Below are positions 12,201-26,500 of a DNA stretch of 64,000 bases, piece after piece; within the stretch, counting starts at the first letter, position 1, and the number at the start of each line of letters is the position of its first letter. The notes under the pieces were generated by a model. That model had not been told where the DNA came from, did not search any database, and saw nothing but the letters and a program-made list of their open reading frames with translations. Source of the DNA: Monocercomonoides exilis PA203 (Eukaryota > Protista > Preaxostyla). The stretch covers positions 868,001-932,000 of the forward strand of contig LSRY02000036.1 of the NCBI GenBank assembly GCA_001643675.2, written 5' to 3'. A program made the position numbers and the translations under genes.

Positions 12201-14452
12201 AAGGTGTAGATGAAGAAGAAGGCGATGAGAGAGGAGTTGTGGAACAAGCAGGTGATGGTGTAGTTGACGCAAATGGAGTGTTGGAAGAAGAGGAAGGAAT
12301 AGGTGAGAATGCCAGTGAAGTGGATGAAATGGAAAAGGAAGAGGGAGAAGAAGGAGAAGGAGAAATATCGCCAGGTTGTCTGACAACAGGAGAGCCAGAA
12401 ATAGAAGAGAAGGAGACAGAGGCAGAAGGAGTGCATGAAGCCTCAGGCGAAGGTGAAGGAGAGGGAGAAGGAGAAGGAGAAAAAGCAGATTGTGGTGTGT
12501 TTGAATGTGTTGGTGTTTGTGTGTTGGATGAAGAAGACAGAGGGAAGAGGGTAGAGGATGAAGTGCTGGAGGAAGAGGCATATGGCTTGAGTATGACTGT
12601 TGATGAAGGTGATGAAGGAGTCGACTGTATTTCTCCATTGCTCAGAAGAGGGAGTGGCTGATAGACAACATTTTTTGATTCATTTTTAGATTCATCTGAT
12701 GTATCCAAAAGAGATAAATTGGCTTCTTCTTTCATTTCTTCCGTCTTTTTGGATGTTATTTCTGGCAGAGTGTCTTCTGTTTTGAGTGCTTTTGAGTCTA
12801 CAACACTTTCTTCATTCTTCATTTTCTGTGTTTCTGCAATTTCTTCTTTCATTCGCTCTTTTTCTTTAGTTCGTTCAATCTCTTTCTCTTTCTCTTTCTC
12901 TTTTTCCCTCTCCTTTCTTTCTTTCTCTTTTCTTTCTCTCTCTTTCTCTTTCTCCTTCTCCTTCTCAAACTCTCTCTGGATGATATTTGCAGCTGTCTTC
13001 CAGGCTGCCTCTACAACATGCTGAACCATCGAGTCTGTCACAGTTTCCCCATCTTTTGGCTTTTCTTCGTGTTTCGCTTTTTCGTTCTGATTTTCCTTCT
13101 TCTTTGAAACCTTTTCTTCATCTTCATTTTCTTCCTTCTCTTCCCTTTTGGGTTTTCTTCCTTTCTTCTTTCGCCCTCTTGTCTTCTTCATTTCAACCAC
13201 CTCTAAGTCTTCATCTTCCGCTTCTTTATTCTGCTTATCTTCTTCTTTCTCTTCTGTATCTGTCTCACTATCGCTGTCATCTGCACGTCCATTTTTGTCT
13301 TCTTTTTCATCTTTCTCTTTCTCCTCCTCCTCTTCCTTCTCTCCAAACCCACCTGCAGATGCCAGCTCTTCTATTCCAAACGTGACAATATCATTCAAAT
13401 CCATCGAGCTCAGCATCTTCAACACCGCCTCGTCGCACTCCTCGTCTCCTCCTTCATCTCCAATCGGAATCTCACTCCCGTCATCCCTCAGCACCAGCTG
13501 CCCCATAAGCGTCTTCCGCTCTGCCAGCTGCAGAACTCTCTCCTCACACGTTCCTTTGCTCACCAGGCGGAACACACGCACAGGGCGTGTCTGCCCAATT
13601 CTGTGTGCTCTGTCCTGTGCCTGTTTGTCCACTGTGGGGTTCCAGTCGGTGTCAAACAGCACAATCACATCAGCTGCCTGCAGGTTCAGCCCCAGACCGC
13701 CCGCGCGTGTGCTGATGAGGTAGATCCACTCGTCACTGTCTGTGCGGTTGAACTTGGTCATCTCATACACACGCCGTGCAAGAGACGTCTGGCCATCCAG
13801 GCGGAGGTAGGAGTAGTTGCTCTGAGTGCAGAACTCCTCCAGAATGTCGAGGGTGCGCGAGAACTGGGAGTAGATGAGGATCTTGTGTCGCATGGGGAGA
13901 GAAGAAGAAGAAGAAGAAGAAGAAGAAGAAGAAGAAGAAGAAGAAGAAGAAGAAGAGGAAGAGGAGGAGGAGGAGGGAGAAGAAGAAGAATTTGATGTTG
14001 TTGCTGCTATTGTTGAAGAAGATGATGAAGCAGAAGTCGAAGCAGAAGCAGATGATTGAGTTGATGTTGGAGCTTGCTGAACATTTGTCACAAAATCTCC
14101 TTTTTCCACTGAGTCTGCCACAGTCGCAAGCTCTTCTTTTATTTCTTCCAATACGCTACGATTGCTTTTATCATTAGTTTTATTTCTCTTCTTTTCTGGA
14201 CTTAAACTTAACTCTTCTTCTCCTTTTTCAATGGCAATAACATCATCATCAGAATTGCTTTCTTCATCCATTTCATTTTCCTTGCTGTTTTCATTTTCTT
14301 CTTCATTGTCAGTTGTGCTATCGAAGAAATTAGATCCCTCCATCTCTTCCCCCTCTTCACTCTCAGACTTCTCATTCTCCTTCGACAATTCTGCTTTTTG
14401 TGTCTTATTCTGCTTGATTTTGGATGAATCACTTGCAGCTGTGCTTTTGCTT

Positions 14453-14486
<34 letters not shown>

Positions 14487-16894
14487 CATCAATTTCCACT
14501 TCACTTTGTTTAACATCTGTTTCTTTATTTGTATTCTGTTTAACTGAATTCTTATTTATGCCAAACTCATCCTCAGTCGCATCTAATCTAATTTTCCTCT
14601 TCCTTCCTTTTTTCTTTTTGCCATTCGTTTTTGGCTGAGCTACTGAAACTACTTTTTCTTTGGGTTTGGCTGAAAAATACACCTTCTTTCTCTTTTTGTA
14701 TTTTCTCTTTTTCTTCTTTTCTCCTTTGCCAATTTTTGCAACAACTGCTTCTCCTTCATCAACCTTTCCATTTTCCTTCTCTTTCTCCTCTTTCTCCTTC
14801 TCCTTCTTTTCCCCTTTCTTTCCTTTTTTCCTTCCTCTCTTCCCTTTCGTTTCCTTTTCTTCCTTTCTTTTCTGTTCTTCCTCAATTCTCTGCTGCTCCT
14901 TCTCTCTTTCTTCCTCTTCCAGTCTTCTCTTCTTCCTCTCCTCTGTCATAATCCTCTTCTTCTCTGCAATTGCTTCGTCTATCTCTCTGTTCTCTTTCCT
15001 TATCATCTCCATTATCCCTTGCAGCACACGCAGCTTCCCCGATGCCTTCACCAGCGCATCCAACGACCAATCAATGAAATCTGTCATGTGTGCCTTCTTG
15101 GCAGAGGTAGGGTTTTTGCTGCCCATCATAAACAAATACGGATGGTTGCAACATTTCCGCAGCTGCATCAGCAGATTCGTCAGCGAGGCACGAAATTGAG
15201 GCTGCTGATACGAAGAATCCTGTCCATTCTCATTCTCTGGATCAGGACCATCTTCATCAATGACGGTGGCTGCCTTCTCTTTGCCAGCCATTTCGCTCTT
15301 TCCTCTTCTTTTGCGCTGTGGTCTGTTGACAATTGACTCAGAAAAGAGACCAGAGTGCATCTGAAGCAGACGCGAGTAGAAGAAGATCTGCATTCTGGAA
15401 AGAGGCACATACACCTTCACTTCTGCTTTTGGTGGCAGATGGAGCACGTTGTGCTTCAATCGACGCAGCATCACTTTTTTGAGGAGGTTATGTGCAGCAT
15501 TCATCACAGACACATCAACACCTGCTGCTTCAGAGAGAATACGGGCACTCGAAGGCGTTGCAGTTGGTGTCGGTGTGGATGAAGACGAAGAAACAATACC
15601 TTCAGAGGCCTTGCCATTCCCTTTGCTCTTGTCATCCTCTAATCCCTTGTCAAATATATGCGATGAGGCCAAGGCTTCTGGATAGAGGAAGTTAAGCAGT
15701 GCCCACAACTCATGCATGTTATTCTGCAGTGGAGTGCCAACCAACAGCAAACGTCTCATCGAACGCAGCCTGCGGATGGCCATTCCAATCAGAGTCTTTT
15801 CTGATTTAACTCGCTGACACTCATCAAGCACAATATATCCCCAGCTCTGGTGCACAAACCAGCCTTCACTTGAGATGATCATCTCATACGTTGTCACCAC
15901 CACCTCAACCGTCGGCTTCTTCAGAAAGCGCCGCATCATCTTCCCTCGCATGTGCTCGTTTCCGTGGAACATCAGCGCTGTCAGCGATGGAGTAAATCGC
16001 GCCAGCTCTCCTTCCCACGTGGGCAGCACAGACATTGGACACACAATCAGATGAGGCCCAGTGTCGTTGCGTTCGTGTTTGAGCGCAGCCAGAAACGAGC
16101 ACACTTGCACGGTCTTTCCCAATCCCATCTCATCACCCAAAATGCCCCCTGCTCCAGCATCGTGCTGCTGCAAGAGCCAGCGGACACCAACCACTTGGAA
16201 GTTGCGAAGAGTTCCATGGATGTACGATGGAGTGTCGCAATGCTCAATGGAATCTGGTGGAGGAGAGTACTCTCGCGAGGACGCAGGAAAATTCGTTGCC
16301 GATATGCCTTCTTTGTCTTGTGGAGGAGGAATAATTTTATTATAATTAATTGAACCTGAATGTTTCATTTCATCTTTTAATTTTTCTGTAATCTTAATAA
16401 CATCGATCTGATCATAACCTCCTTTTCTGCATAATTTTCGAATGAGAGGTCCGTTTAAGTTTCGATCTTGAAATCGTAAAAAGGGAGCAAATGCATCCCA
16501 GTTGATCGTATAAAATATCAATCTATTCCAGAAAAAGGGGCAAATATGTGCTTGATGAGATCTTTGATGGATTTGCGTTGTAGTACATTTTGGCAGAGCT
16601 GGTTTTACAATAATTTTTGAATTATCGATAAACTTAGGCTTTTCAAGCGATTTCTTTGAAGTTAAAACGCGCACTGGAGGAACAAAAAGATCAGAAGACT
16701 GTTTGCTTCTTGATCCAATGAATGAATCGAGCCTATTCCGTGGGATGCTGATGCTCAAACTTTCTGTTTTATTCTTAATAGATACAACTTTTCTTTCTGT
16801 TTCTTTTCCTTCAAGCAAATTATGAAGAGCACTTTAATTAAAAAAACAATTAGGCTTTACTTTGATAAGAAATATCACACCTATACACTGACAT
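9232..16894 (-). CDS. SNF2-family (ISWI/Lsh-like) chromatin-remodelling ATPase with C-terminal PHD/C5HCH-type zinc fingers
   Basis: Motifs GILGDEMGLGKT, VLDECQ, GTPLQNNMHELW, LRKCCNHPYLF, YSQF, RLDGQT, STRAGGLGLNLQAAD, DWNP and QAQDRAHRIGQ. C-terminal CRRCPCAYHTDC...CLHHRCKECG...CAHCPYSWCVRC. Proposed ATG at 16894, with a 49-bp phase-2 intron (16832-16880) joining MSVYS-ALHNLLEGK. Confidence 0.92.
13900..13990. repeat. (GAA/GAG)n trinucleotide repeat encoding poly-Ser in the SNF2 gene
   Basis: Directly visible; translates on the minus strand as a long Ser run just before HKILIYSQF. Confidence 0.95.
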
Positions 16895-17056
16895 TATTTG
16901 ATGCAATTTTTATTTTTTCAAGAAAACAACTCGTTTTCAAACTAAAGGCTTTTGTATTTAAGAAAATAATTGCAAAATATATTTATTTTAAAATTTTTGG
17001 ACTTTTTTCTTATATTGTGGTTACGATCTTTAAGTATTTCTTTTTCCTTTGTGCTC

Positions 17057-19002
17057 ATGGGCTGTTGGGGGACAATTAAAAGTATTTTAACTTAATTATA
17101 TTTATATTACTAATTTTTGTTCGTTAAATTTCGCTTTGTTATAAGATAAAATATTTGGAAAAGACCAACCACATCGAGTGGCAAGAATTGCAATTATAAT
17201 ATTCAGTATCATATATTTTATTGGGGCTGCTTTATTGCTGGCATTTGGAATTTATATATCAACGTCTGTTAAAGATTACAATTATCTTCCTCCTGTGATT
17301 GCATCATGTGGAGTTTTATTGCTTTGCGTGATTCCCTTTGGAATTTGTGGTGCATTGTGTGCAATTATTTGAATAAAATTTAAAATTTTCTATTATAATT
17401 TTTTGCAGCTTTGATCCAGAAAAGCCCGGAAAACGATTTATGTGTCTGAAACTGTACATGGCATTCACCTTATTCATGGGAACTCTCTTGATAGTAATTG
17501 GAATTTTCTTCTTCTTCTTTGCACCTTCGTTGTCAGGAAAAATTGTAATGAGATGGGATTTGTTCTGTCCCGAGATTCAAGTTGAAGGAAAAACCAATGA
17601 AGAAAGTCTAAAATCTTTCGTTGGTTTTCTTACAATTGGAGGAATTATTTCTTTAGCTGTTGGAGTTCTCATTCTTATTGTTTTGTTTATTATTCCATGC
17701 TTTTTCACGATGAGAGATTTTATAAAGGTATTCATTAATATTTTTATTAAAAGAAGTTTTAAATCAAATTGTGATATTCTTTTCAATAGCAATTTATATT
17801 TGCAGCTTCGCAAGTTGGAATCATATATGGAATAGCAATGATTGTCATTAGCGTATATTTATTGTACACATGTGTGCACACGATTTTATATTGACTTTAT
17901 TACGTTTATTCTAATTTATTTTCTTAAAAAAAAAATAACAATATTTAATTGAATAAATAAATACATCCGATCAGATATCATTAATCCAGGAAAAGAGCAC
18001 AGCTCAGGAGACACCACAGACAGGACCCTTCTTATTCTCTCAAAGTCTAAGCCTCTTCTGTACCTTATGATGATTGCCGGAGCAGTTCCTGTGTTCGTCG
18101 GGGTGTTTGGGCTGGTTGTGTCTTACTGCTATCGGTCGAAGAATCTGTCGAGTTTTGTTCTGATTGTCTTTGAGCTGGCAGAGCTAGTGGAGGTCGGGCT
18201 GATGGTCGGGGTGACTGTCATGTTTGTGTCGTCGTTCAAGGAGAATCTGCAGAGCGACAGGTCAGAATTCCTGGGGAAAGTGAAGGCATATGTCAACACT
18301 GCCACATTTGTCATCAACACATTCAACAACAACAAATGCGTTAAAATCTCAGAAAAAGTGAACGCTGACCCAGATGAAGGAGAGTCAGCACAGAAGAACA
18401 TCACATACGTTGTGGAAGGGCTGGCGGAGTGGGTGGCGACAGACGAGACGAAGCAGCAGCTGGACGAGATGATTGACGCGAGGATCAACACAGACTTTAT
18501 GATGATAGGCGTGGCAGCAGCGACGCCGGCTGTTTTGTCTGTGCTGCTGCTGGTGATGGTGTTTGTGTACATCATCCGCAACTGTGTGGTTGATGGCACA
18601 ATTGACGAGGAAGATGATGACGATGATGACGAAGACGATACAGATGAGTGCAGCACAGCCAGCCAAAGCACACGCAGCGGCAATTCGTCTCAACCGTCCT
18701 CGTTTGAGATGGCTGATCCTCCAAGTGAGTGCGACGAGAGCGAGTCAGACAACGACGACGATGCTGAGGCTACAGCGGCGGCCGCCAGGGAACTGGAAGA
18801 GAAGAAGCAGAAAGAGAAAGAGGAGAAGGAGAAGGAGGAGAAAGAGAAAGCGAAAGCGAAAGGAAAATCGAAAGAAATTGAAATGAAAACGACAAAAAAG
18901 AAGAAAAGTGCAAAACAAAGCGACAGCAGCGACGATTCGTCGTCAAGTGAGTCTAGTGACAGAAAAGCTAAACGGAAGAAGCATACCAAAAGACGTAAAT
19001 AA
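17057..19002 (+). CDS. Multi-exon tetraspanin-like protein with about 8 TM helices (tandem duplication) and an acidic/basic tail
   Basis: ATG 17057 (MGCWGTIK); intron 17082-17145 in phase; ORF pieces 17178-17372, 17440-17835 and 18067-19002. Two sets of four hydrophobic helices with tetraspanin-like TM2-TM3 signatures (PFGICG...KRFMCLKLYM; GVFGLVVSYCYRSKNLSSFV). Confidence 0.7.
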
Positions 19003-20417
19003 ATAAATAAATGAAAAAGCTTCAGAACATTCCCGTTCGCGAAGTCATGTTGCATCATTTCACTGCCCTTGCAGATGAACTTTAGCATGTCAGATGTTTC
19101 GATGGAAGTCGGTTGTAATGTTTTATGTTACGCTATTCCATCTGCTGAAAAGAGATTTTCCCTTTCTGCATTTCTGCTCTCTTCTATTCTGCTTCATCTT
19201 CAACATTCTGCTTATATTTCTTGTCGACTTTTTTGATTTTCATTTCCGTTTTTTTTTTTTTTTTTTTTTTTATGAATTTTTTTTTTTTTTTTTATGAATT
19301 TTTTTTTATGAATTTTTTAGATGAAACCATTCAATTTGACATTAGGATTGGAGTTTGTATTTTGCTTTTTTTGCTGCTCATGTTGAAATGCTTATTACAT
19401 TTATTAATTATTTTGTCGTGCAGTTGTCTCAGCTTAAACAAAATTTAATGTTTCTTCCTCTTTCACATCTTCTTTTCTTTTTGGCTGTATTTTTCTCATT
19501 TCTTCTTCAGTTATCTGCAAGGGCATCTTTTACTGCTAATTTCTAACTATTCATTTCACATCTGAGCTTTCGGCTGTTTGTCTTTCTGAAAAGCATTTGC
19601 ATCCACTGCCTAATGTTTTGTAGTAATTAGAACCAAACAGCTGCTTATTATTGTTACGCTTTTATTAACAGGATTAGATTTTGTTTGACTTTCTTTTCTT
19701 TTTTTGTTTGGTTTTATGGCCATTTAAATTATGTGTGAAAGCATATTTTTTTGTTTTCTTTCAGACTCGAAAGTTACACATATTATTTCTTTCTCTTTCT
19801 CATTCTTTGATTACATATAAGGTTCATATCACATTTCTTTCACATTAAAACAAAATTTTTGTGTTTCATTCTTATCATTATTTCTTTTTCGTTATTAGTT
19901 GTATTTCCTTTACAGTCTCAGCTGAATTATTTAAGATTCTTTCGTTTTGCGTGTTTAATCTCCATTTTTGAGATTAACATGCATATTCAGTATGAGACAC
20001 ATTATTAATATTGTTATTTTGCAACGCCGTTGCAAATATTCCATTTTATTTTATTTTTGTTTAACATTTTCGCTTTCAGCTAACAAGCAGATTTTTTTCT
20101 GTTTTCTGTTGACTTTCCTGTGATTCAGATACAGTTCTAACTTTGGAGGATTTGAAAGTTGACTTTGAATATAAAAATTGTGTGTAAAGATGAAGTGGAT
20201 TATAAACATTTGGAAAAAAAAAACTCTTATAAAAAAACATTGACTTTGGATTTATCTACATTAAGAGATATGACATAAACATGACTATCATAACACACAT
20301 TTCAAAAGATGCATAACAGCCAGAAATTTTGAAAATTAGAACGAAAAAAAGATTTGTAGTCAGACAAACAAACAAAAATATCTTGATAAAAAAAGCATGA
20401 ATATTCAACACTAATAC

Positions 20418-23400
20418 TTAATCCACATTTTTGTTGGACAGAGCAGCCACAGGATAAGGTGACTGGAGGCCAAAAGTAGAAGCATCGTAAGTGGAAGGCA
20501 GGAAAGGCATGAAATAGCCAGGGAGTGTGCCATCTGCAGCATGCGACAGGAACCTGATGGACTGAACGGCAGGGGCATTGGCATTTGCGTGGAGCGACTG
20601 CAGAAAAGGGATGATTGAGCGGAACAAGGCGAGTGTGTTTGGCTGAAGTGCAGTGAGGAGGTAGTATCCGCTTGTCATGTACTCCTCCTTCTCTGCAATG
20701 TCCACTCCCACCAGCTGCACAAGGCAGTCGATCAGCGACAGCACCACATTCAGAATGGTCAGCTCGAAGTCCACTTCCTCTTTGTTGAATGCGTCTCCCT
20801 TCCACGCCTCAGTGGGGAAGACAGGGATGCGCAGAATGGCTTTGTTCGGATGGATCTCAGAGGGATCAGAGCGAGTGATGTGCTGAGAAGAGTGTGAAGA
20901 GACTGAAGAAGAGGCAGAGGAAGAAGAAGAAGGAGAATAAGAAGAAGAAGATGAAGCAGAAGCAGACGAGGAAGAAGAGGATGAGGATGAGGAAGAATGT
21001 TGAATTGGTGTGACGATTGGAGGAGTAGAAAAGCGTTGTAAGAGAGGTGTTGTGGAAGAAGAACGAACAGGCGTTGAAGGAGGAGTCAGATTTGCTGGAG
21101 AAGTAGCAGATGATGACGATGAGGAGGAGGATGATGAAGACTCAGAGTCAGAAGATTGTTCATTCTGTTGCAATGATTTTTGATTCTCTGCATCTTTCTC
21201 TTTTTGAATGTCAGATTTCTGTGAATGTTTTCCGAAGCGTGAAAACAAAGAAGAGAAAAGCGAAGCAAAAAACGACTTCTTCGGTAGCTTCTGCTTTTCT
21301 TTGGTTGAATTTTCGTTCTCATTTTTGTCAGCTTCATCTTCTGATGAAACACGCAATCGTTTTCCTTCTTCCTTTTTGTCAGACTGATGAGAAGGAGATG
21401 CTTTCTTTCCGTCTTCCACTTGATCAGGTGTGCTAACAGGAGCATCTACTTTTGTCTCTTTCACGCTATTGCTATGAGCTTCAATATTTTCACCATCTGT
21501 TTTATCTTCCTTTTCATTCACTTCTGATATCTCTCGCGCTTTTTCATCGCTTTCAGTCTCTTTTTTCTTTATCTGTTTTTCTGGTTTTCCTCCAAACATA
21601 TCATCTTCAACTTGATCTGCACACAAATCGTGCATATACTTAGAAGACAAAATATCTTCATCTTCATTTTCGAGTGAGCTTTTGTATTCTGAAATGGTCG
21701 TCTCAGTTCGATCAAGCTCATCTCTTTCAACAATCGCTGTTCCATTTTCAGTCACCAAATTCTGCTTTTCTTTGCCGGCATTTCCATTCAACACATCTGA
21801 ATCATTGCTTTTCTGAGGACTGCTTTTCATTCTTCCTTCATTTGCTTTTGATGATAACTCAGGTGCATTTTGCTCGAATTCTTTATTTTCCTTTTCAAAT
21901 TCATAAGATAAAGACTCAGCCAGCTGTGTTTCATTTCTTTCATTCACTTTTCTTTCACTCCTCTTCTCGTCACTCACACTTATTGTGCCTTCGTCTTCGC
22001 GGTCAGTCTGAGAAAGAAATGGAGAACTCACAGGGCTTCCCGCGTCTCTTCTGAGATCTTCATCGTCTCCATCCATATCGTCATTGGAGTAGTCATCCAG
22101 ATTGACCACTTCTGCATTGCTGCTGTTTGATGACAGTGAATTGTGTGCTGATGGTGGAGAAAGCACCTTTGAATGAGATGGAGTGGAGAGAGAGCTAAGC
22201 ACAGCAAGTGGCTCTGGCTCCTTCGGAATGATAATCAGCGACGGAAGAGAAGACGAAGCATCTGACAAGCGAGACTGCAACGGTGTGTGCAGCGCTTCGT
22301 TGTCGAAAGCTTCCTTCTGTTCGGCGATTGAGCAATACCACATCAGAGTCGGCATCTGTGTGGCATATCCAGATGCATTGCCAGCGAGCGAAGGATGGCC
22401 CAACGCGAATGCTGGTGTGAGTGCTGATGGAGTGTGAGGAAGCGTTTTGGTGGCTGAAATGGGGTTCTTTGACGATGAAGGCGTGGACAGCAAAGGTGCC
22501 ACTGTAGAACGCATCGGAGAAACTGACTGAGAAGGAGGCAATGGAAATGAAATTTCTGAGGGAGATTGCCACGAAGCATTTACAGAAGGAGAAAGAATAG
22601 AAGTTGAAGTTGCAGATGAAAATGCAGATGAAGCTGAAGGTGAAGCGGAATCCGATGATGAATTTGCATTTCTTGCAGTTGATGGTGAAGTTCCAAATGA
22701 CATCTTTTTTGAACTTGGAGTTCCAATTTTCAAATGACGTGGTGCATCTGAATGTTGATACTGATTTTGCCAATATAACCCTGAAGATTTAACAAGCATT
22801 GGAGGTTGAAAGATGATATGAAGTAACTTTTCCAATAATGGCAATAACAGTTCAATTGATTGTGGAAATGAGATCTTGCTAAATAATGTAAACAATCTTG
22901 TTGATGTAGCGCATATAACAGGAGTGCACTCCGGATTATCGATTTCGCTTCCATCTTCAAATGAAATCAAAGGTGTTTTGAAATGAAAATAATTTGGCAG
23001 AGATATCTGCCCAATACACTCACAAATATCAAGAACACTCTTTTTTTGAAGTTTTGAGAAAAATTGCATTGGCCCGGTTTCGAGTATTGTTTCATAAGTA
23101 TCTCTAATGATATGAGTTTTTATTTTACTTCTTGCCACCCAATACTGTTGATTGCAATAATCAAATTTTACTAATGCAAGTTGAGCTCTTCCTTCCCATC
23201 CTTCCGGGAATTCCAAAGGCTGAGAGATACCTAGTAATTCGCCTCTTAAATTTGCTTGAAAAGGATTAATTGGGTTGACCTTTACAGTAATTCTTTGAGA
23301 ATTAGTTGGTTGTCTTCATTGAAAAAAATAAAAATTAACATTAAAACACAAAATAAAGATATTTTGTTAATAAGCATACGTTGATTCCTTCTTTTTCCTT

Positions 23401-23429
23401 TTTGTGGTACTCTTAGGCCTTGTGCTCAT
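20418..23429 (-). CDS. Hypothetical Ser-rich/acidic low-complexity protein (~980 aa)
   Basis: 932-aa ORF extended upstream in frame to an acceptor at ~23314. Exon 1 is 23429-23380 (MSTRPKSTTKRKKKES), with a GTATGC donor in matching phase. No recognisable domain. Confidence 0.75.
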
Positions 23430-23531
23430 TTTAACAATTGCTGACAAAAGCAAAAAATGTCACAATGTAATTATCAAAACTTTAATTATTTTTGCGATCA
23501 GGAAGTATTTTTATTTTTTCTTTTTTTATTA

Positions 23532-26500
23532 ATGATTTCAAAAAAAGATTTCACAACACTTGTAACACCTGAAACAGAAAATTTTCACTTGAAAGAAAAG
23601 CTGATTAGCCTTCAACAAGATCTTGGCCTTGTCACAACTCAATGTCGAGTTTTAAAACACGAATATGAGGTTTTTTGATTTTTTTAAGAAGATACTTAGA
23701 TTTATTAATAAATGCAGAAAGAAAAAGAAGAAGAAACAAGAAAAATGCGTGCTTTAGAACGCGAAAAACACACGCTATCTCAAGAAGTTGCTCCAACAAA
23801 TGATATTTCTCGCTATCTTCGAATATTGTGTGTAAATTTTTTATTAAAAAATCTATTTTAATTATTATAAATGTTTCAGATATATGGATATTAAGTCAAG
23901 ACCTGGAAAGCCCCCAACAGAACTTGAAATTCGTCAAGAAAGAGATGAATTGGAAAAACTACCAACTCATGTTTTATTAGAATCTCTTTGGTATTTAGCT
24001 TTTATAATTTGCTCTTTTTTATCTTTATTTAGCACCGAGATGAATATTTTAAAGAGTTTTAGAGACAACTACCAAGCTCTCCTTAAAAAGACTGCTAAAC
24101 CTGAAAAATCTCGTGATTCTCAATTAATTTCTTCACTGAGGGAAGAAATAACATCAATGGTATTGCTTATATATGTTACTCCAATAAATTATATTATCAT
24201 TCAACTTTTTTTTTGAAATTTTATAAATGTTCAAATTTTGTTAGCGTAATCTTTTAAATCGAACAACAAAAGAGCACACAGAAAGATTAAAAGTTGTGCA
24301 AGCAAGCGATGCGTCTTCGGGGCAATCTATTGAAACCCTTCAAGCAACAATGGAGGCACTTCGTTCGGATAATCAAAAACTTTCTGAACAACTTCAGATA
24401 ATTGTTTCAGAAGTGGATGAAGCAAAAGGAAATCTTGCTCAAGTCAAAAGAACCATTCAACACCAACAAGTTAAGATGCTGCGCATTGCTCAATTGGAGG
24501 TATCTGCTTTGAACAATTGCAATCGCTTTTATGTTGATGTTGATTGTTTCTAACTCTTTTTTGTTTCCGTTTGAAGTCAAAAATGCATGCACTTAAAACT
24601 CAGCACAATCAAGAAGTTGAAATGATTAAGAAACAAGAAGAAGATGAAGTTGAGGAACGAAAAATTGCTGATAGGCACAGCTTGCAGATTGAAGTATGAA
24701 GCAGATTATTGTACATTAAGCAATATTGTATTGCTGAAAACGTATCTTTCTTTGAACGAAATGCTTTTGATTCATTCTTTTCTTCATTTCATTAATTACA
24801 TATTCTTTTCAATTGTTCATTAATTGCAATTTACTATCTTTTCCCTTCAATTGCAGATGCGTCGACAAAGCCTTCAAGAAGAGGTCCGCAAAGCACAAAT
24901 GCAGTTGCGATCGTTTCACATCGATCTTCCTCGGCAGAAAGTGCGCGACAGTGCAGAAAAAGGGCAAAGGCTGGAAGGCGCTGTGAAGAACAGAAAAAAA
25001 CAGCTGGCAGCCATTATGAAGGAACTGGACAGAGCAAAAGAGGCAGCTGAGCTGCTGGCCACGAAAAACAAGGAGATGAAAGAGGAGTATGAGAAGCTAT
25101 ATATTGCGGCAAACGAAGAGAAGAGGAAGACGATGATAATAAACGGGAAATCTCTTCGTGCCAGCAGCTCGTCAGGAAAGCGAAGGGGCGTGGCAAAGCG
25201 CGGGCAGAATGCCAGTGGGCTGTTGGATGATGTGCTGGATGGGGAGATGAGCGAGCTGATGGATGGGACTTCGATGGATCTGCTAAAGATGCCTTTGAGT
25301 CTGATGACTGTGGAAGTGCCGCCGGAGGAAAGAGTGTATCAGAAGCTGATAGCAATCCAGGAGAGCCAGATAAAGTCACTCTCAAACGAGGTGAAAAGAC
25401 TGATGCAAGCCGAGCGGAGGACGAAAGTGATGTCCGAGGCAAGAAAGGAAGAGAGAGTGAAATTTGAAGAACAGCTAAAGCAATTGAAAGCAGAAATGGT
25501 ATGGATATTATTGGAGGTAAATTTGTGTTGATTCCAAAAAAAATTTCACTTTAATAATAATTTGAATATTTTTCGTTGTTTGTAAAAGAACTTCTTTGTT
25601 ACACATTTGCGCTTGCATTAATTTTGTGTTATCTAACATTCTTTCTGTATTTTTAAATTCACTTTGCGCTTTTAAATATGTATTTCAAATGAAGGTTGAA
25701 GTGAATGCTCCTCCAAAAACGACGAAAGGCAAAAGTTACCAAAAGAATCATTCTGTGAATGATGATGATATGTACCGTCAGAGAGCAATAGCAATGTCAA
25801 CCGCTGCCATTGAGCGTCTCATTTTGAGAAACATGGAATTGGAAGATGAGCTTAAAGACTACAGGGTGTGTGGCAAATGACAAAGAAATAAAGCATGACG
25901 AATGAGATGAACTTTATGAATTTCTTTTTATTTTTTTGAAACTTCTTTTTTCTCATTTTTTGTCTGTTAAAAAATTATTGATTCTTGCCAATATTAAAAA
26001 AAGACTATAAAAGCTGCCAATGATACAGTTGTTTCTGCTTATGAAAAACTTCTTCAGCAGACAGCTGCAAACAAGCAAACACCTTCATCATCAGCTATTT
26101 CTCCATCACAACAAGACCAATCATCACATCTTGCAGCATCAGTCGCCTCAGGTGCCATGATGTCTAAGCCCTCCACTTCAAATCCTCTTTCCCTATCCAC
26201 TTCATACACTCCATTTGTCCCGCGTCAAACGAAGCAGCAACCAAAACATCTGCTCCGCACATCACCTCTCCATTTCCTCAATCAGATGCGCCCAGCCACA
26301 TCTGCTTCAATGCGCCCTTCCTCTCCCATTGTCACTTCGTCCACTTTGTTTCAACTTCGGCCATCAACTGAATCACAGTCACGCTCATCATCATCCATAG
26401 CAACATCTTCTCAATTCCCCAGACGCTCCATTTCACCTGCTTCCATTTCATTGTCAACCACATCTTCACTTCGCAATTCATTTTCGTCTGATTCAAGACG

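Noticed and set aside
19249-19320. Poly-T tracts with three TTTTATGAATTTT units
   Set aside because: Simple slippage-type low-complexity sequence between convergent genes; no further structure.
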